Shown: positions 36,754 to 45,197 of the stretch, one piece after another | How the letters are laid out: every line of letters begins with the position of its first letter | Position numbering within the stretch: the first letter of the stretch is position 1 | Position numbers and translations under genes: made by a program | The notes under the pieces: generated by a model | Told to the model about the DNA's origin: nothing | Database searches by the model: none | Seen by the model: only the letters and a program-made list of their open reading frames with translations | From: Planctomycetales bacterium | GTDB lineage: Bacteria; 4484-113; JAFGCY01 | Assembly (NCBI GenBank): GCA_022646745.1 | Contig: CP060262.1 | Location: forward strand, 1,495,149 to 1,559,148 | Direction of reading: 5' to 3' | Length of the DNA stretch: 64,000 nucleotides

Positions 36754-37476
36754 ATGTCCATCAACAGAATCAGAATCACGGCCATGGCCCTGCTTGCGGC
36801 GGCCTTCATCATCGCCGGCAACCAGCAGGCGCGTGCGGAAACCAAGACCATCCTGCTGGTCGGCGCGTCCTCGATCGAGGGTACGCTCGGCAAGGAGATC
36901 GAGGACCGCCTCGAGAAGGAATACAAGGACGTCAAGATCGTCCGCTGGGGACAGCACTCCACCGGCCTGGCCAATCCGGAGCTGCTGGACTGGCACAAGA
37001 AGCTCGATGAGCTGCTGAAGGCCAACAAGCCCGACCTGGTCGTGGCCGACCTTGGTGAGAACGACTGCGCGCCCGTGACTGACTCCAACGGCCCGATCGC
37101 CCGCTTCGGCACCTCCGAGTGGGAGAAGGTCTACGACGAGCGCGTGCGCAAGTTCGTGAAGATGGTCAAGGACAGCGGTGCTGATTCCGTGATGCTCGGC
37201 ATCCCGACGATGCGCGACCGCAACTTCAGCAGCCAGGTCGAGCAGCTCAATGGGGTGCTCAAGGGTGCCACAGAGGCAGCCGGCGGATTCTACCTGGATA
37301 CCTGGGAGTTCACCGCTGACAACAAGGGCAACTACGTCCCGAACCTGGAGTACGAGGGCAAGGACCGCATGATCCGTGCCAGCGACGGCGTGCACTTCAG
37401 CAAGCACGGCTCCGAGTACATGGCCTTCAAGATCTGCGAGATCCTGGAAAGCAAGTACGGGCTGCAGCCGAAGTAA
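36754..37476 (+). CDS. SGNH/GDSL hydrolase-family protein (AlgJ/PatB-type partner of MBOAT)
   Basis: Signal peptide. Block I ILLVGASSIEG and C-terminal DGVHFS(KH) of the SGNH fold. TATAAT lies 6 nt upstream of the ATG (a leaderless configuration). Confidence 0.65.
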   Translation: MSINRIRITAMALLAAAFIIAGNQQARAETKTILLVGASSIEGTLGKEIEDRLEKEYKDVKIVRWGQHSTGLANPELLDWHKKLDELLKANKPDLVVADLGENDCAPVTDSNGPIARFGTSEWEKVYDERVRKFVKMVKDSGADSVMLGIPTMRDRNFSSQVEQLNGVLKGATEAAGGFYLDTWEFTADNKGNYVPNLEYEGKDRMIRASDGVHFSKHGSEYMAFKICEILESKYGLQPK

Positions 37477-37511
37477 TCCGCAGCCTGTGGATGTAATTTA
37501 AACGTGATTTT

Positions 37512-37550
37512 AACGGGGATTGCCACGGCGATCCCCGTTTTTTTTATTTT
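37512..37550 (+). terminator. rho-independent terminator
   Basis: AACGGGGAT-tgccacggcg-ATCCCCGTT followed by TTTTTTTATTTT. Confidence 0.65.
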
Positions 37551-37560
37551 CCCGTTACAA

Positions 37561-37600
37561 TAACGAACAGTTAACGGTCGATTAACGATTCGTTAACGGG
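37561..37600 (+). promoter_or_regulatory. phased TTAACG(G) direct repeats
   Basis: TTAACGG at 37571, TTAACG at 37583, TTAACGG at 37593 (spacing 12 and 10 nt, about one helical turn), plus TAACG copies at 37509 and 37561. Confidence 0.3.
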
Positions 37601-37610
37601 AGAATTACTA

Positions 37611-37715
37611 ATGGTTAGAAAGGCGTTGATTGTTCTTGGGGTAATTGGGGTCGTGATCGGGGCAAATGTCCTGCTTTTCGGTCCACTTTACGACATCGTA
37701 AACGTGATCCAGTAA
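37611..37715 (+). CDS. candidate small ORF (34 aa, single TM: MVRKALIVLGVIGVVIGANVLLFGPLYDIVNVIQ)
   Basis: SD GGGAGA 7 nt upstream. Followed by a hairpin terminator. Confidence 0.3.
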   Translation: MVRKALIVLGVIGVVIGANVLLFGPLYDIVNVIQ

Positions 37716-37737
37716 CTGAGTCACGTCCACTTTCAAT

Positions 37738-37776
37738 GGCCGCCTCACTGCGAGGGCGGCCATTTAACTTTTCTGG
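37738..37776 (+). terminator. hairpin ATGGCCGCC-N9-GGCGGCCAT plus a T-rich tail
   Basis: Perfect 9-bp stem. The ORF-track start at 37736 falls inside this hairpin, so that N-terminal extension is probably not coding. Confidence 0.45.
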
Positions 37777-37798
37777 GCCGGAGATATATAATCCATCC

Positions 37799-39478
37799 AT
37801 GCTGCGTTACCTGGTGCGTGCCTGCACGCTGATCCTCCTGATTGCGGCCCTGGTGCTGATCGGCGCCGCCGCTCCCTCCGACACCAACGGCCCGGCCTTC
37901 CCGCGCCTCGCGATGTGGTTCCCGACCCATCCGAAGGCCAGCATGCTGGACCGTGCGCGCTTCGATGTGCTGGTTGGCGACTTCGCGACTGGCATCCCGG
38001 GGCAACGTGCCACGGGTCGCAAGAGCACCACGAGCTTCGCCTCGGAACTGCGCAAGGCCAATGGCAGCACGAAGCTCCTGACCTATTACCGCCCGCTGGT
38101 GATCCGCCCGAGCTCGCTGTACGAGGGCACCCGCAAGCATAACCCGCTGCTGAAGAACTGGCCTGACAGCTGGTTCCTGACCGAGGCCGGCAGCACGCTG
38201 ACCGCCAACATCAGTGCCAACAGCGGCCGCCTGAGCGTGGCTGACTGGCAGCAAAGCGGCGAGAGCCAGGGCAACAAGCCGAAGAAGTGGGACATCTGGA
38301 AGATCGGCCAGGATGTGCAGGTGGACGGCGAGATCATGACGATCACCGCCGTTGACAAGGACTCAATGAGCATCACCGTCGAGCGCGGCATGAACGGCAC
38401 CGCCGCCGTGGCGCATACCTCCGGCACCCGCGTGGCCCCGATGGCGCGCTTCTGGCGCGGCAGCTACATCATGAACATGACCGACTCCAGCGGCAGTGGA
38501 AGCGTGGATGGCGGCTCCGGTGAAAAGTACGCGCAGTACGCCTTCCGCATGAGCCTTGAAGGTGCCAACGAGTGGTTCAGCTACATCGGCGGCGACCAGG
38601 ACGGCTTCCTGTGGGACATGATGCCTGACAACCTGAGCTGGGTAATGTGGGCCGAGACCAACAGCCTCGACCTCAACCGTGACAACGTGTCCGACACCTT
38701 CGCGAGCATCGACAGCGCCTGGACCAAGGCCCTCAATGACCACAAGGCGATGTTCAGCGCGCGCTTCCCCGGCAAGGCGATCGTGCGCAACCAGAGCCGC
38801 TCGCGGGACTACAACGCCTACAACGGCGAGAGCTTCGTCTCCTTCCCGCACGACCAGTGGAACGCCCAGCGCGCCGTCAACACCGACGGCTGGACCCGCT
38901 TCTGGCACAACGTGTTCTTCGGTGACCGGGAGGAAGTGCGCGGCGGGATCACCGAATTCCAGAAGGGCACCAACCTGCCGAACTACACGCAGATCATCAC
39001 TGACGACCTCGAAATGGACCTTGACGCCGCCGGCTTTCCTGAGCTGCGCAACCCCGACACCGCCACGATCTGGAAGCCCAACTACCGCAAGATGCGCTGG
39101 GGCATCTGCTCCGCGCTGCTGTCCGGCAGCTACTACGGCTATGTGATCACCACCGACGGCTACGGCCTGCGCGGCATCGAGTGGTTCGATGAATATGACG
39201 ACGCGGGTGTGGGCCGTGGCTACCTCGGCTTCCCGAAGGGCGAGATCACGAAGATCGGCAAGAGCGGCCAGAACAAGGACTGGGGCGTCTGGGCCCGCGA
39301 ATACGACAAGGGCTATGTGATCGTCAACCCGCTGGACAAGGACATGACGGTGCCGCTGCCGGCCGGTAAGTGGCAACGCATCAAGGGCACGCAGGTGCCG
39401 GAGGTGAACAGCGGCGCGATCGAGGAGGGCACGGTGACCGTGCCGAAGTTTGATGGGTTAATACTGAAGAGGCTGTAA
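37799..39478 (+). CDS. secreted putative glycoside-hydrolase-like (TIM-barrel, GHL-type) protein
   Basis: Signal-anchor MLRYLVRACTLILLIAALVLIGAAAPS. Promoter TTAACT-N17-TATAAT, with the -10 exactly 6 nt upstream of the ATG (leaderless). Family assignment is weak. Confidence 0.45.
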   Translation: MLRYLVRACTLILLIAALVLIGAAAPSDTNGPAFPRLAMWFPTHPKASMLDRARFDVLVGDFATGIPGQRATGRKSTTSFASELRKANGSTKLLTYYRPLVIRPSSLYEGTRKHNPLLKNWPDSWFLTEAGSTLTANISANSGRLSVADWQQSGESQGNKPKKWDIWKIGQDVQVDGEIMTITAVDKDSMSITVERGMNGTAAVAHTSGTRVAPMARFWRGSYIMNMTDSSGSGSVDGGSGEKYAQYAFRMSLEGANEWFSYIGGDQDGFLWDMMPDNLSWVMWAETNSLDLNRDNVSDTFASIDSAWTKALNDHKAMFSARFPGKAIVRNQSRSRDYNAYNGESFVSFPHDQWNAQRAVNTDGWTRFWHNVFFGDREEVRGGITEFQKGTNLPNYTQIITDDLEMDLDAAGFPELRNPDTATIWKPNYRKMRWGICSALLSGSYYGYVITTDGYGLRGIEWFDEYDDAGVGRGYLGFPKGEITKIGKSGQNKDWGVWAREYDKGYVIVNPLDKDMTVPLPAGKWQRIKGTQVPEVNSGAIEEGTVTVPKFDGLILKRL

Positions 39479-39480
39479 GC

Positions 39481-39582
39481 CTCAGGTTGCAGGGGGCTGG
39501 TTGCTGGTTGCAGAAGTAACCAGTAATGGATTTCAGTCCCGCGAAGCGGGACTACTGCAACCTGCAACCTGTAACCAGCAAC
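39481..39582. terminator. bidirectional terminator / nested palindromes between convergent genes
   Basis: CAGTCCCGC-gaag-GCGGGACTG core (39534..39557) nested in the GGTTGCTGGTTGCAG..CTGCAACC..CAGCAACC arms. The GGTTGCAGGGGGC motif also occurs at 47395. Confidence 0.45.
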
Positions 39583-40305
39583 CTAGTTCGACTTACTAGG
39601 CAGGTACGGAATCAGCCGCAGTGCCAGTTCGCGGATCACCTGGTGCTGCAGCCAGACCTTGCCCGGCCCGGTCAGCGTTGCCAGCGCCAGTCCCTCACCT
39701 GAAAGGAAGATGTTCTTCAGCTTCTTCTGGATTTCGAAGTTGTACTGCACTGTGTCCTCGAAGGCGGCGATGTGCCCGCTGTCAACCTTGATGGTCTGGC
39801 CGGCCTCCAGTTCCACCACGGATAGCTCGCCGTCAATCTCAAGGAACACCGTGCCCGGCCCGCTCATGCGCTGCAGGAAGAAGCCCTCACCGCCGAGGAA
39901 GCCCTTGCCGAGCCCGGTGGTCTCCATCTTGATCGTGCAGCTGTCCTGGCTGCACAGGAAGCTGCCGCGCTGGGCCACGAGGCTGCGCCCCGGCAGGATG
40001 TCGTAGGGCACGATGTGGCCCGGGAAGCTGGAGGCGAAGGCCACGCGCCCGCTCGACCCTTCAGCCTGGAAGTAGTTCAGGAACACGCTTTCGCCGGAGA
40101 TCGCGCGGTTCAGCGCGCCGCCCAGCATCCCCATCAGCCCGCCGCCGCTTTCCGGCATCGAGGTGTCGAGGTCGATGTTCGGGTCCATCCAGATCATCCC
40201 GCCGGTCTCGCTCATCACCCGCTGGCCCGGCTGCAGGTGCAGTTCCACGATCTGGTGGATCGTGCCGCGGATCTCATAGTTCAGTCCAGTTGCGCTGATT
40301 GCCAT
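39583..40305 (-). CDS. TIGR00266/AIM24-family protein
   Basis: About 240 aa from MAISATGLNYEIRG. Glycine-rich beta-rich sequence typical of DUF124/AIM24. Confidence 0.6.
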   Translation of the reverse strand: MAISATGLNYEIRGTIHQIVELHLQPGQRVMSETGGMIWMDPNIDLDTSMPESGGGLMGMLGGALNRAISGESVFLNYFQAEGSSGRVAFASSFPGHIVPYDILPGRSLVAQRGSFLCSQDSCTIKMETTGLGKGFLGGEGFFLQRMSGPGTVFLEIDGELSVVELEAGQTIKVDSGHIAAFEDTVQYNFEIQKKLKNIFLSGEGLALATLTGPGKVWLQHQVIRELALRLIPYLPSKSN

Positions 40306-40396
40306 TGCCAGCCATCCTTGTCGGCGTCTGCCGTGATGGCCTGATTCTAGCAGCCCCGCAGGCCCGGCCGGGATACCTTGCCTATAATCAGGTGAC

Positions 40397-42289
40397 ATGT
40401 CGAACAGCGGGGGTCACACAGTCGGGAGCGGGGCACTGCGCATTGAGTACGGCCCGCTGCCGCAGGTCCGGCAGGCCACAGACTATGCCGCACTGCTGGA
40501 GCAGTTCCGCGCTCCGCTGAGCATTGTGCTGCAAAGCGGCACAATCGTGTCCTTTGGCAACTCCTTCCCGCTGCTGCAGTTCGCGCTGGATTTCGCCGCC
40601 TGGTGCAGCCCGCATGCGTGGTGGCTGTTCGAGCACTACCCGCAGCTGCGTGATGAAATGGAGCACCTGCCCGGCGGACTGACGGCACAGGACTTCGCCC
40701 TGCTGGACGAGGAAGGTGACCTCATCATCGCGTTCAGCGCTGAGCCGCCGCAGCTCATCCGCGAGGACCTGTCCGCTGACAACGGGCTGGAACGGATCGA
40801 GCTCGGGATTGACAGCGCGGCCCTGCGCGAAATCGGCAGGTCGCTCCTGGTACACCTCGCCGCCAGCATCGCGTCCCAGTCCGGCTGGGACATCGCGCCG
40901 CTCATCACGCGCAGGCCGCAACGATTTCTCAAGAAGGCTCCTGGCCGCAGTGTGGCGCGCGAGCTGGACATCCTGAAACTGCTGGACTGGCCGGAGAGCA
41001 AGGGCAAGGTGGAGCAGGGGGAGTGGCATGCCGACTGGTGGCTGTACGAACCATCCGTTGACATTTCCGGGCCGGATGAGCTGATGCCGGTGATCACCGG
41101 CAGCCTTGTGCTGCGCCGCCGGGTGGCGGAGATGGTCCGCCTGCCGGATGTGCAGCTGCTGGAATTCCTGCACAGCGCACTGGACTGGCTGAGCGATGCC
41201 AGCCACCAGAGCATGCGCCTGCATCGGGGCAGCAGTGCCGGCGGACCGGTCTGGGGCGGTTTCGAACTCGGTGATCCCGCGACGGGCAAGCTGCTTTTGG
41301 CAATGCGCCGCCGGGGTAAGCGCATCGAACTGCTGAGCGGGGCCAACCCGGTGCGTGGCAATGAGGTGCCGGAGAAGGAATTCGGCCTGCTGCTGCTGGA
41401 ACTGGCAACGCAGCTGGTCCATGAGCTGCATGAACACACCGGCTGGTCTGCCCTGCCGCTGTTCGCGCGCCAGTCGATTTCGCTCAGGGAGCCCCGCCCG
41501 GCCGTGCTGCCGCGCTTCGATCTGCAGAAGCTGGTGCTGGAATGGCCCGGCAGCCGCAGCATTGCCGGCCGTGAAAAGCGCCTGCCCGCCGCCCAGGTGC
41601 CGAACATCCCGATGGAGGTGCTGCTGGAGGGGCCGAACGAGTCCTTCCCGGTGCAGGGACAGTCCGGCCTCGCACTGCAGGTTGACATCAGCCTGATGGA
41701 GCTGACGGCACTGCCCTCCACGCCGGCCGACCTGCAGGAGATGCTGCGCGCCGGGGTGACCGTCAGCCGCGGCAGCCGCCGCCTGCTGAATGTTGACAAC
41801 GGTGTGCCACTACTGGACTTCACGCTCAACTGCCTGATCTGGCTCTGCCGCCATGACAGCGTCAGCCCGGCCGCCAGCCGCGAGCGCGACCCGCGCCGCC
41901 GGGGCCGCCCGGTGGACTTCATCCTCGAATACCCCGGTGAGAATCCGCTGCGCATCGGCCTGCGCGAGGACCTGGATGGCTACCTGTTCGTGCTGGAGCG
42001 CGATGGCCAGCCGGCGGGATCGCACAATGTGGCAATCAGTCGCGGGGAATGCATGGTGCTGATGCTGGACATTGCCAGGGCACTGGTGCTGGCGGTGCAC
42101 CAGCGCTGGGGTTGGGACATCCGCACGCTGTTCGGCCCGCGCAGCTTCTACTTCAGCGAGCGCGCCCTGCAGCGGGCGGAGAGCATCGGCTACATGAATA
42201 TCGAGCGCGACGTGAAGGAACTGAGCGACTGGCGCAATGGCATCGCCCGCGACCCGGCGGGCTGCCTGTGGAACATCAAACTGTGGTAG
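40397..42289 (+). CDS. hypothetical protein with three internal repeats
   Basis: Recurrent about 200-aa modules centred on LL..LA..L..(S/T)GW(D/S)I.(P/T)LF (SLLVHLAASIASQSGWDIAPLI; LLLLELATQLVHELHEHTGWSALPLF; VLMLDIARALVLAVHQRWGWDIRTLF). Confidence 0.4.
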   Translation: MSNSGGHTVGSGALRIEYGPLPQVRQATDYAALLEQFRAPLSIVLQSGTIVSFGNSFPLLQFALDFAAWCSPHAWWLFEHYPQLRDEMEHLPGGLTAQDFALLDEEGDLIIAFSAEPPQLIREDLSADNGLERIELGIDSAALREIGRSLLVHLAASIASQSGWDIAPLITRRPQRFLKKAPGRSVARELDILKLLDWPESKGKVEQGEWHADWWLYEPSVDISGPDELMPVITGSLVLRRRVAEMVRLPDVQLLEFLHSALDWLSDASHQSMRLHRGSSAGGPVWGGFELGDPATGKLLLAMRRRGKRIELLSGANPVRGNEVPEKEFGLLLLELATQLVHELHEHTGWSALPLFARQSISLREPRPAVLPRFDLQKLVLEWPGSRSIAGREKRLPAAQVPNIPMEVLLEGPNESFPVQGQSGLALQVDISLMELTALPSTPADLQEMLRAGVTVSRGSRRLLNVDNGVPLLDFTLNCLIWLCRHDSVSPAASRERDPRRRGRPVDFILEYPGENPLRIGLREDLDGYLFVLERDGQPAGSHNVAISRGECMVLMLDIARALVLAVHQRWGWDIRTLFGPRSFYFSERALQRAESIGYMNIERDVKELSDWRNGIARDPAGCLWNIKLW

Positions 42290-42290
42290 C

Positions 42291-42444
42291 GGAGGTCAGC
42301 TGTAAAGCTGACAAGGAGGTCCGGTGTAAGCCGGGCCGGGAGATAGAGGAGTACACGGAGATTTCAACCACAGAGCCACAGAGAGCACAGAGATTTTCAG
42401 GGTATGTCTGAATAGTTGTCGGAGGTCAGCTGTAAAGCTGACAA
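42291..42444. repeat. two copies of the GGAGGTCAGCTGTAAAGCTGACAA stem-loop 130 nt apart
   Basis: Copies at 42291..42314 and 42421..42444, with CACAGAG iterations between them. A related GGAGGTCAGACGAAAGTCTGACAA occurs at 51508. Confidence 0.55.
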
Positions 42445-42507
42445 CGGGTTTCCGGTTTCGGGTTTCCGCAGAACGGATGCGGAGCTGCCGCACAACAGAC
42501 GCAAAGC

Positions 42508-42663
42508 TGCGTTTACGCCACGGCGTGAATGCCGTACAGCCGAGTGATCAGTAAACAGTGGTCAGTAGCGGCGCACGCCCCGTGCACCAGGGAGTGACTG
42601 CCGCGAAATGCGCCAGGCAGACTCGCCTTACTCAGGCTGCATCCTGCCTGCGGCGGGATGCAG
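42508..42663 (+). repeat. left copy of an about 150-bp direct repeat flanking the low-GC insertion
   Basis: About 85-90% identical to 43694..43839. The last about 70 nt (CTGCCGCGAAATGCGCCAGGCAGACTCGCCTTACTCAGGCT.CATCCTGCCTGCGGCGGGATGCAG) are essentially identical. Confidence 0.7.
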
Positions 42664-42838
42664 AACTATGTATGATTTGAGATTGGGAATGAACTGTTTG
42701 AACAAACACAGAGAACCCTATGTCACTCATGTTACGCAGTTTCAGTTAGGTTGCTGGGTTAATATTTGCTGACCGTGAAATTTACTTTGCCAATGCCCGT
42801 ATTGTGCTGATAAATGATAAGCATGCAAGGAGAATTTC

Positions 42839-43630
42839 TTGAAGAAAACTGGTTACATTGCTGTTTGGATGATAGTCGTCATTCTGTCAGCTTCATGGAC
42901 ATTACGCGCTGATGCATCTGACAACTTGCGAACGGAATCCGGATTTGACAAGGATGCCTTCTGCCAGCGGTTGATGGAAGAGGACTTCTCGGATCTGTTT
43001 GCTCAGTCCACCATCCTTGAGTATGGTTCTTCTTCCACCGGAGCAAATCAGCAGATCCAGGGCATGATTGACGCTGTCAGGCAGGAAGCAGAAGCAGGAA
43101 TGATTGAATCCCGCTCATTCACAGAGAAGGAACTGAAAATGCTGGGCATCCGGATTGTCAACGATCCCTCTGAGGAGTTTGGTTATCCCGAGTATGGGCA
43201 GTTCATGATGAGTCGGATACCGAGATCCATTTACGGGTATTACCAGAATCATCAGGTTATTCCTGACAATGCCCTTTCACTTCTTGAGTCCAGCAGTTGG
43301 CTTACACCTGAAGGCGAATCCGCATTTGATGAGCTTTCAAAGAATGAGCTTCTCAATGCGCTCCAGACCATGGTTGATCCCAGTACAGGGAAGCTCTACG
43401 ACGGATTCAACGACGAGAACTGGACTCCATTTGGCATTTATGCCTACCTGCCGCCGGAATCAGAGTGGGCTGGATTGGGATATGACCCGCAGTCATATCG
43501 AGTCGTCAAAATGGATGGTAACACTCCTGCCCCGGTTGAAGATTGGCCCCTGATCAGTGGCTTGCTTAGGGTAGTGATTTGGGGTGAGACCGAGGATAGC
43601 ATCCTCATCGACAGGATTTATTGCTGGTAG
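42839..43630 (+). CDS. secreted hypothetical protein on a low-GC (about 47%) insert
   Basis: Signal peptide MKKTGYIAVWMIVVILSASWTLRADA. No recognisable family. Composition clearly differs from the 63-66% GC flanks. Confidence 0.55.
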   Translation: MKKTGYIAVWMIVVILSASWTLRADASDNLRTESGFDKDAFCQRLMEEDFSDLFAQSTILEYGSSSTGANQQIQGMIDAVRQEAEAGMIESRSFTEKELKMLGIRIVNDPSEEFGYPEYGQFMMSRIPRSIYGYYQNHQVIPDNALSLLESSSWLTPEGESAFDELSKNELLNALQTMVDPSTGKLYDGFNDENWTPFGIYAYLPPESEWAGLGYDPQSYRVVKMDGNTPAPVEDWPLISGLLRVVIWGETEDSILIDRIYCW

Positions 43631-43693
43631 GAAATTCCGAATAGGACGCTTACCTCAGGAACATCTAGTTAAGGTGTTGGAGCTGCGGTTAGG

Positions 43694-43839
43694 CCACGGC
43701 GTGATTGCCGCACAATCTAGTGATCTGTTAACAGTGATCAGTAGCGGCGCACGCCTCGTGCGCGACGGAGTGGCTGCCGCGAAATGCGCCAGGCAGACTC
43801 GCCTTACTCAGGCTCCATCCTGCCTGCGGCGGGATGCAG
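43694..43839 (+). repeat. right copy of the about 150-bp direct repeat
   Basis: See 42508..42663. Confidence 0.7.
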
Positions 43840-43921
43840 CACCCCTGGTGGAGGCCAGTCACGCCCTGGCGTGACTGGCAATTGCCAAGCTTACAGTTTG
43901 GCCTCCGGCGGGTCTGACCTC

Positions 43922-45154
43922 CTAACCCCCCGCGGCACCCTTGCCAATCACACCGTGTCGTTCGCCGCAGCGGATGAAGGCCTCCACGCAGTGGTCGATC
44001 TGCTCCGTGGTGTGGCTCGCAGACAACTGCACGCGGATGCGGGCCTTGCCCATCGGCACCACCGGATGGCTGAAGCCGATCACGTAGATCCCCTCGTCCA
44101 GCATCGAGCGCGCCATGTCAGCAGCCAGGCGGGCATCGCCGAACATCACCGGCACGATCGGGCTCTCGCCCTGCACCAGCGTGAAGCCGGCGGCTTCCAT
44201 GCGCTTGCGGAAATGCGCGGCGTTGGCTTCCAGCGTGTCGCGCAACGCGGTGCTCCCCGACAGCATGTCCATCACTTCCAGCGCGCCGTAGATCACGGAG
44301 GGCGGCACCGCATTGCTGAACAGGTACGGGCGGCCGCGGTTGCGCAGCATGTTGACAATCTCCGCCGGGCCGGCCACCAGGCCGCCTGAGGCACCGCCGA
44401 GCGCCTTGCCGAGTGTGGTGGTGATCACGTCCACCTTGTCCATCACATTGTGGTGCTCATGCGTACCGCGCCCGGTCTTGCCAATGAAGCCGGTGGCGTG
44501 GCTGTCGTCAACCACGAGCAGCGCGCCGTACTTCTCGCACAATTCGGCGATGCGGTCCAGCGGCGCGATCATGCCGTCCATCGAGAACACGCCGTCGGTG
44601 ACGACGCACATGCTGCGGGCCTTGTCCTGCCACATCTGCAGCTTCTTCTCGAGGTGCTCCGCGTCACTGTTCTTGTAGGTGTCGCGCTGGGCCTCGCACA
44701 GGCGGATGCCGTCAATCAGCGAGGCGTGGATCAGGCGGTCGGAGATGATCACATCCTCCTTGCCGAAGAACACCTCGAAGAAGGCAGCGTTGGCATCGAA
44801 GCAGGAGGCGAACAGGATCGCCGCCGGCAGGCCGAGGAACTCAGCCAGCCGCTCTTCCAGCATGTTGTGGCTGTCCTGGGTGCCGCAGATGAAGCGCACG
44901 CTGGACATGCCGTAGCCACGCTCGTCGAGCCCCTTGTGGGCTGCTTCCACCACGCGCGGGTGGCTGGCCAGGCCAAGGTAGTTGTTGGCACAGAAGTTGA
45001 GCACCTTGCGCGCCGGGCTGCCGAGCGGGTATTCGACCTCGATCTCCACGCCCTGGGCGCTCTTGATGTAGCGCTCGTCCTTGGTCAGGCCGGCTTCGTC
45101 GACCTCCTTCAGCGTCTGCTGCAGCCTCTCGCGCAGCTCCTTCGTGTAGGCCAT
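43922..45154 (-). CDS. kbl: glycine C-acetyltransferase (2-amino-3-ketobutyrate CoA ligase)
   Basis: Near-collinear with E. coli Kbl: GLTKDERYIKSAQ, NFCANNYLGL, VRFICGTQDSH, PLP-lysine region TLGKALGG. Start MAYTKE at 45154. Confidence 0.8.
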   Translation of the reverse strand: MAYTKELRERLQQTLKEVDEAGLTKDERYIKSAQGVEIEVEYPLGSPARKVLNFCANNYLGLASHPRVVEAAHKGLDERGYGMSSVRFICGTQDSHNMLEERLAEFLGLPAAILFASCFDANAAFFEVFFGKEDVIISDRLIHASLIDGIRLCEAQRDTYKNSDAEHLEKKLQMWQDKARSMCVVTDGVFSMDGMIAPLDRIAELCEKYGALLVVDDSHATGFIGKTGRGTHEHHNVMDKVDVITTTLGKALGGASGGLVAGPAEIVNMLRNRGRPYLFSNAVPPSVIYGALEVMDMLSGSTALRDTLEANAAHFRKRMEAAGFTLVQGESPIVPVMFGDARLAADMARSMLDEGIYVIGFSHPVVPMGKARIRVQLSASHTTEQIDHCVEAFIRCGERHGVIGKGAAGG

Positions 45155-45197
45155 CTTCAGCTCCCCGCGCCGCTGGCGCTTAGTTGTATGTGCAGGA

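Noticed and set aside
37736-37798. ORF-track N-terminal extension (MAASLRGRPFNF..) of the 580-aa gene.
   Set aside because: The ATG at 37738 is the 5' arm of a perfect 9-bp hairpin followed by a T-tract, so it is a terminator. The signal-anchor Met at 37799 with TATAAT-N6 upstream is the more plausible start.
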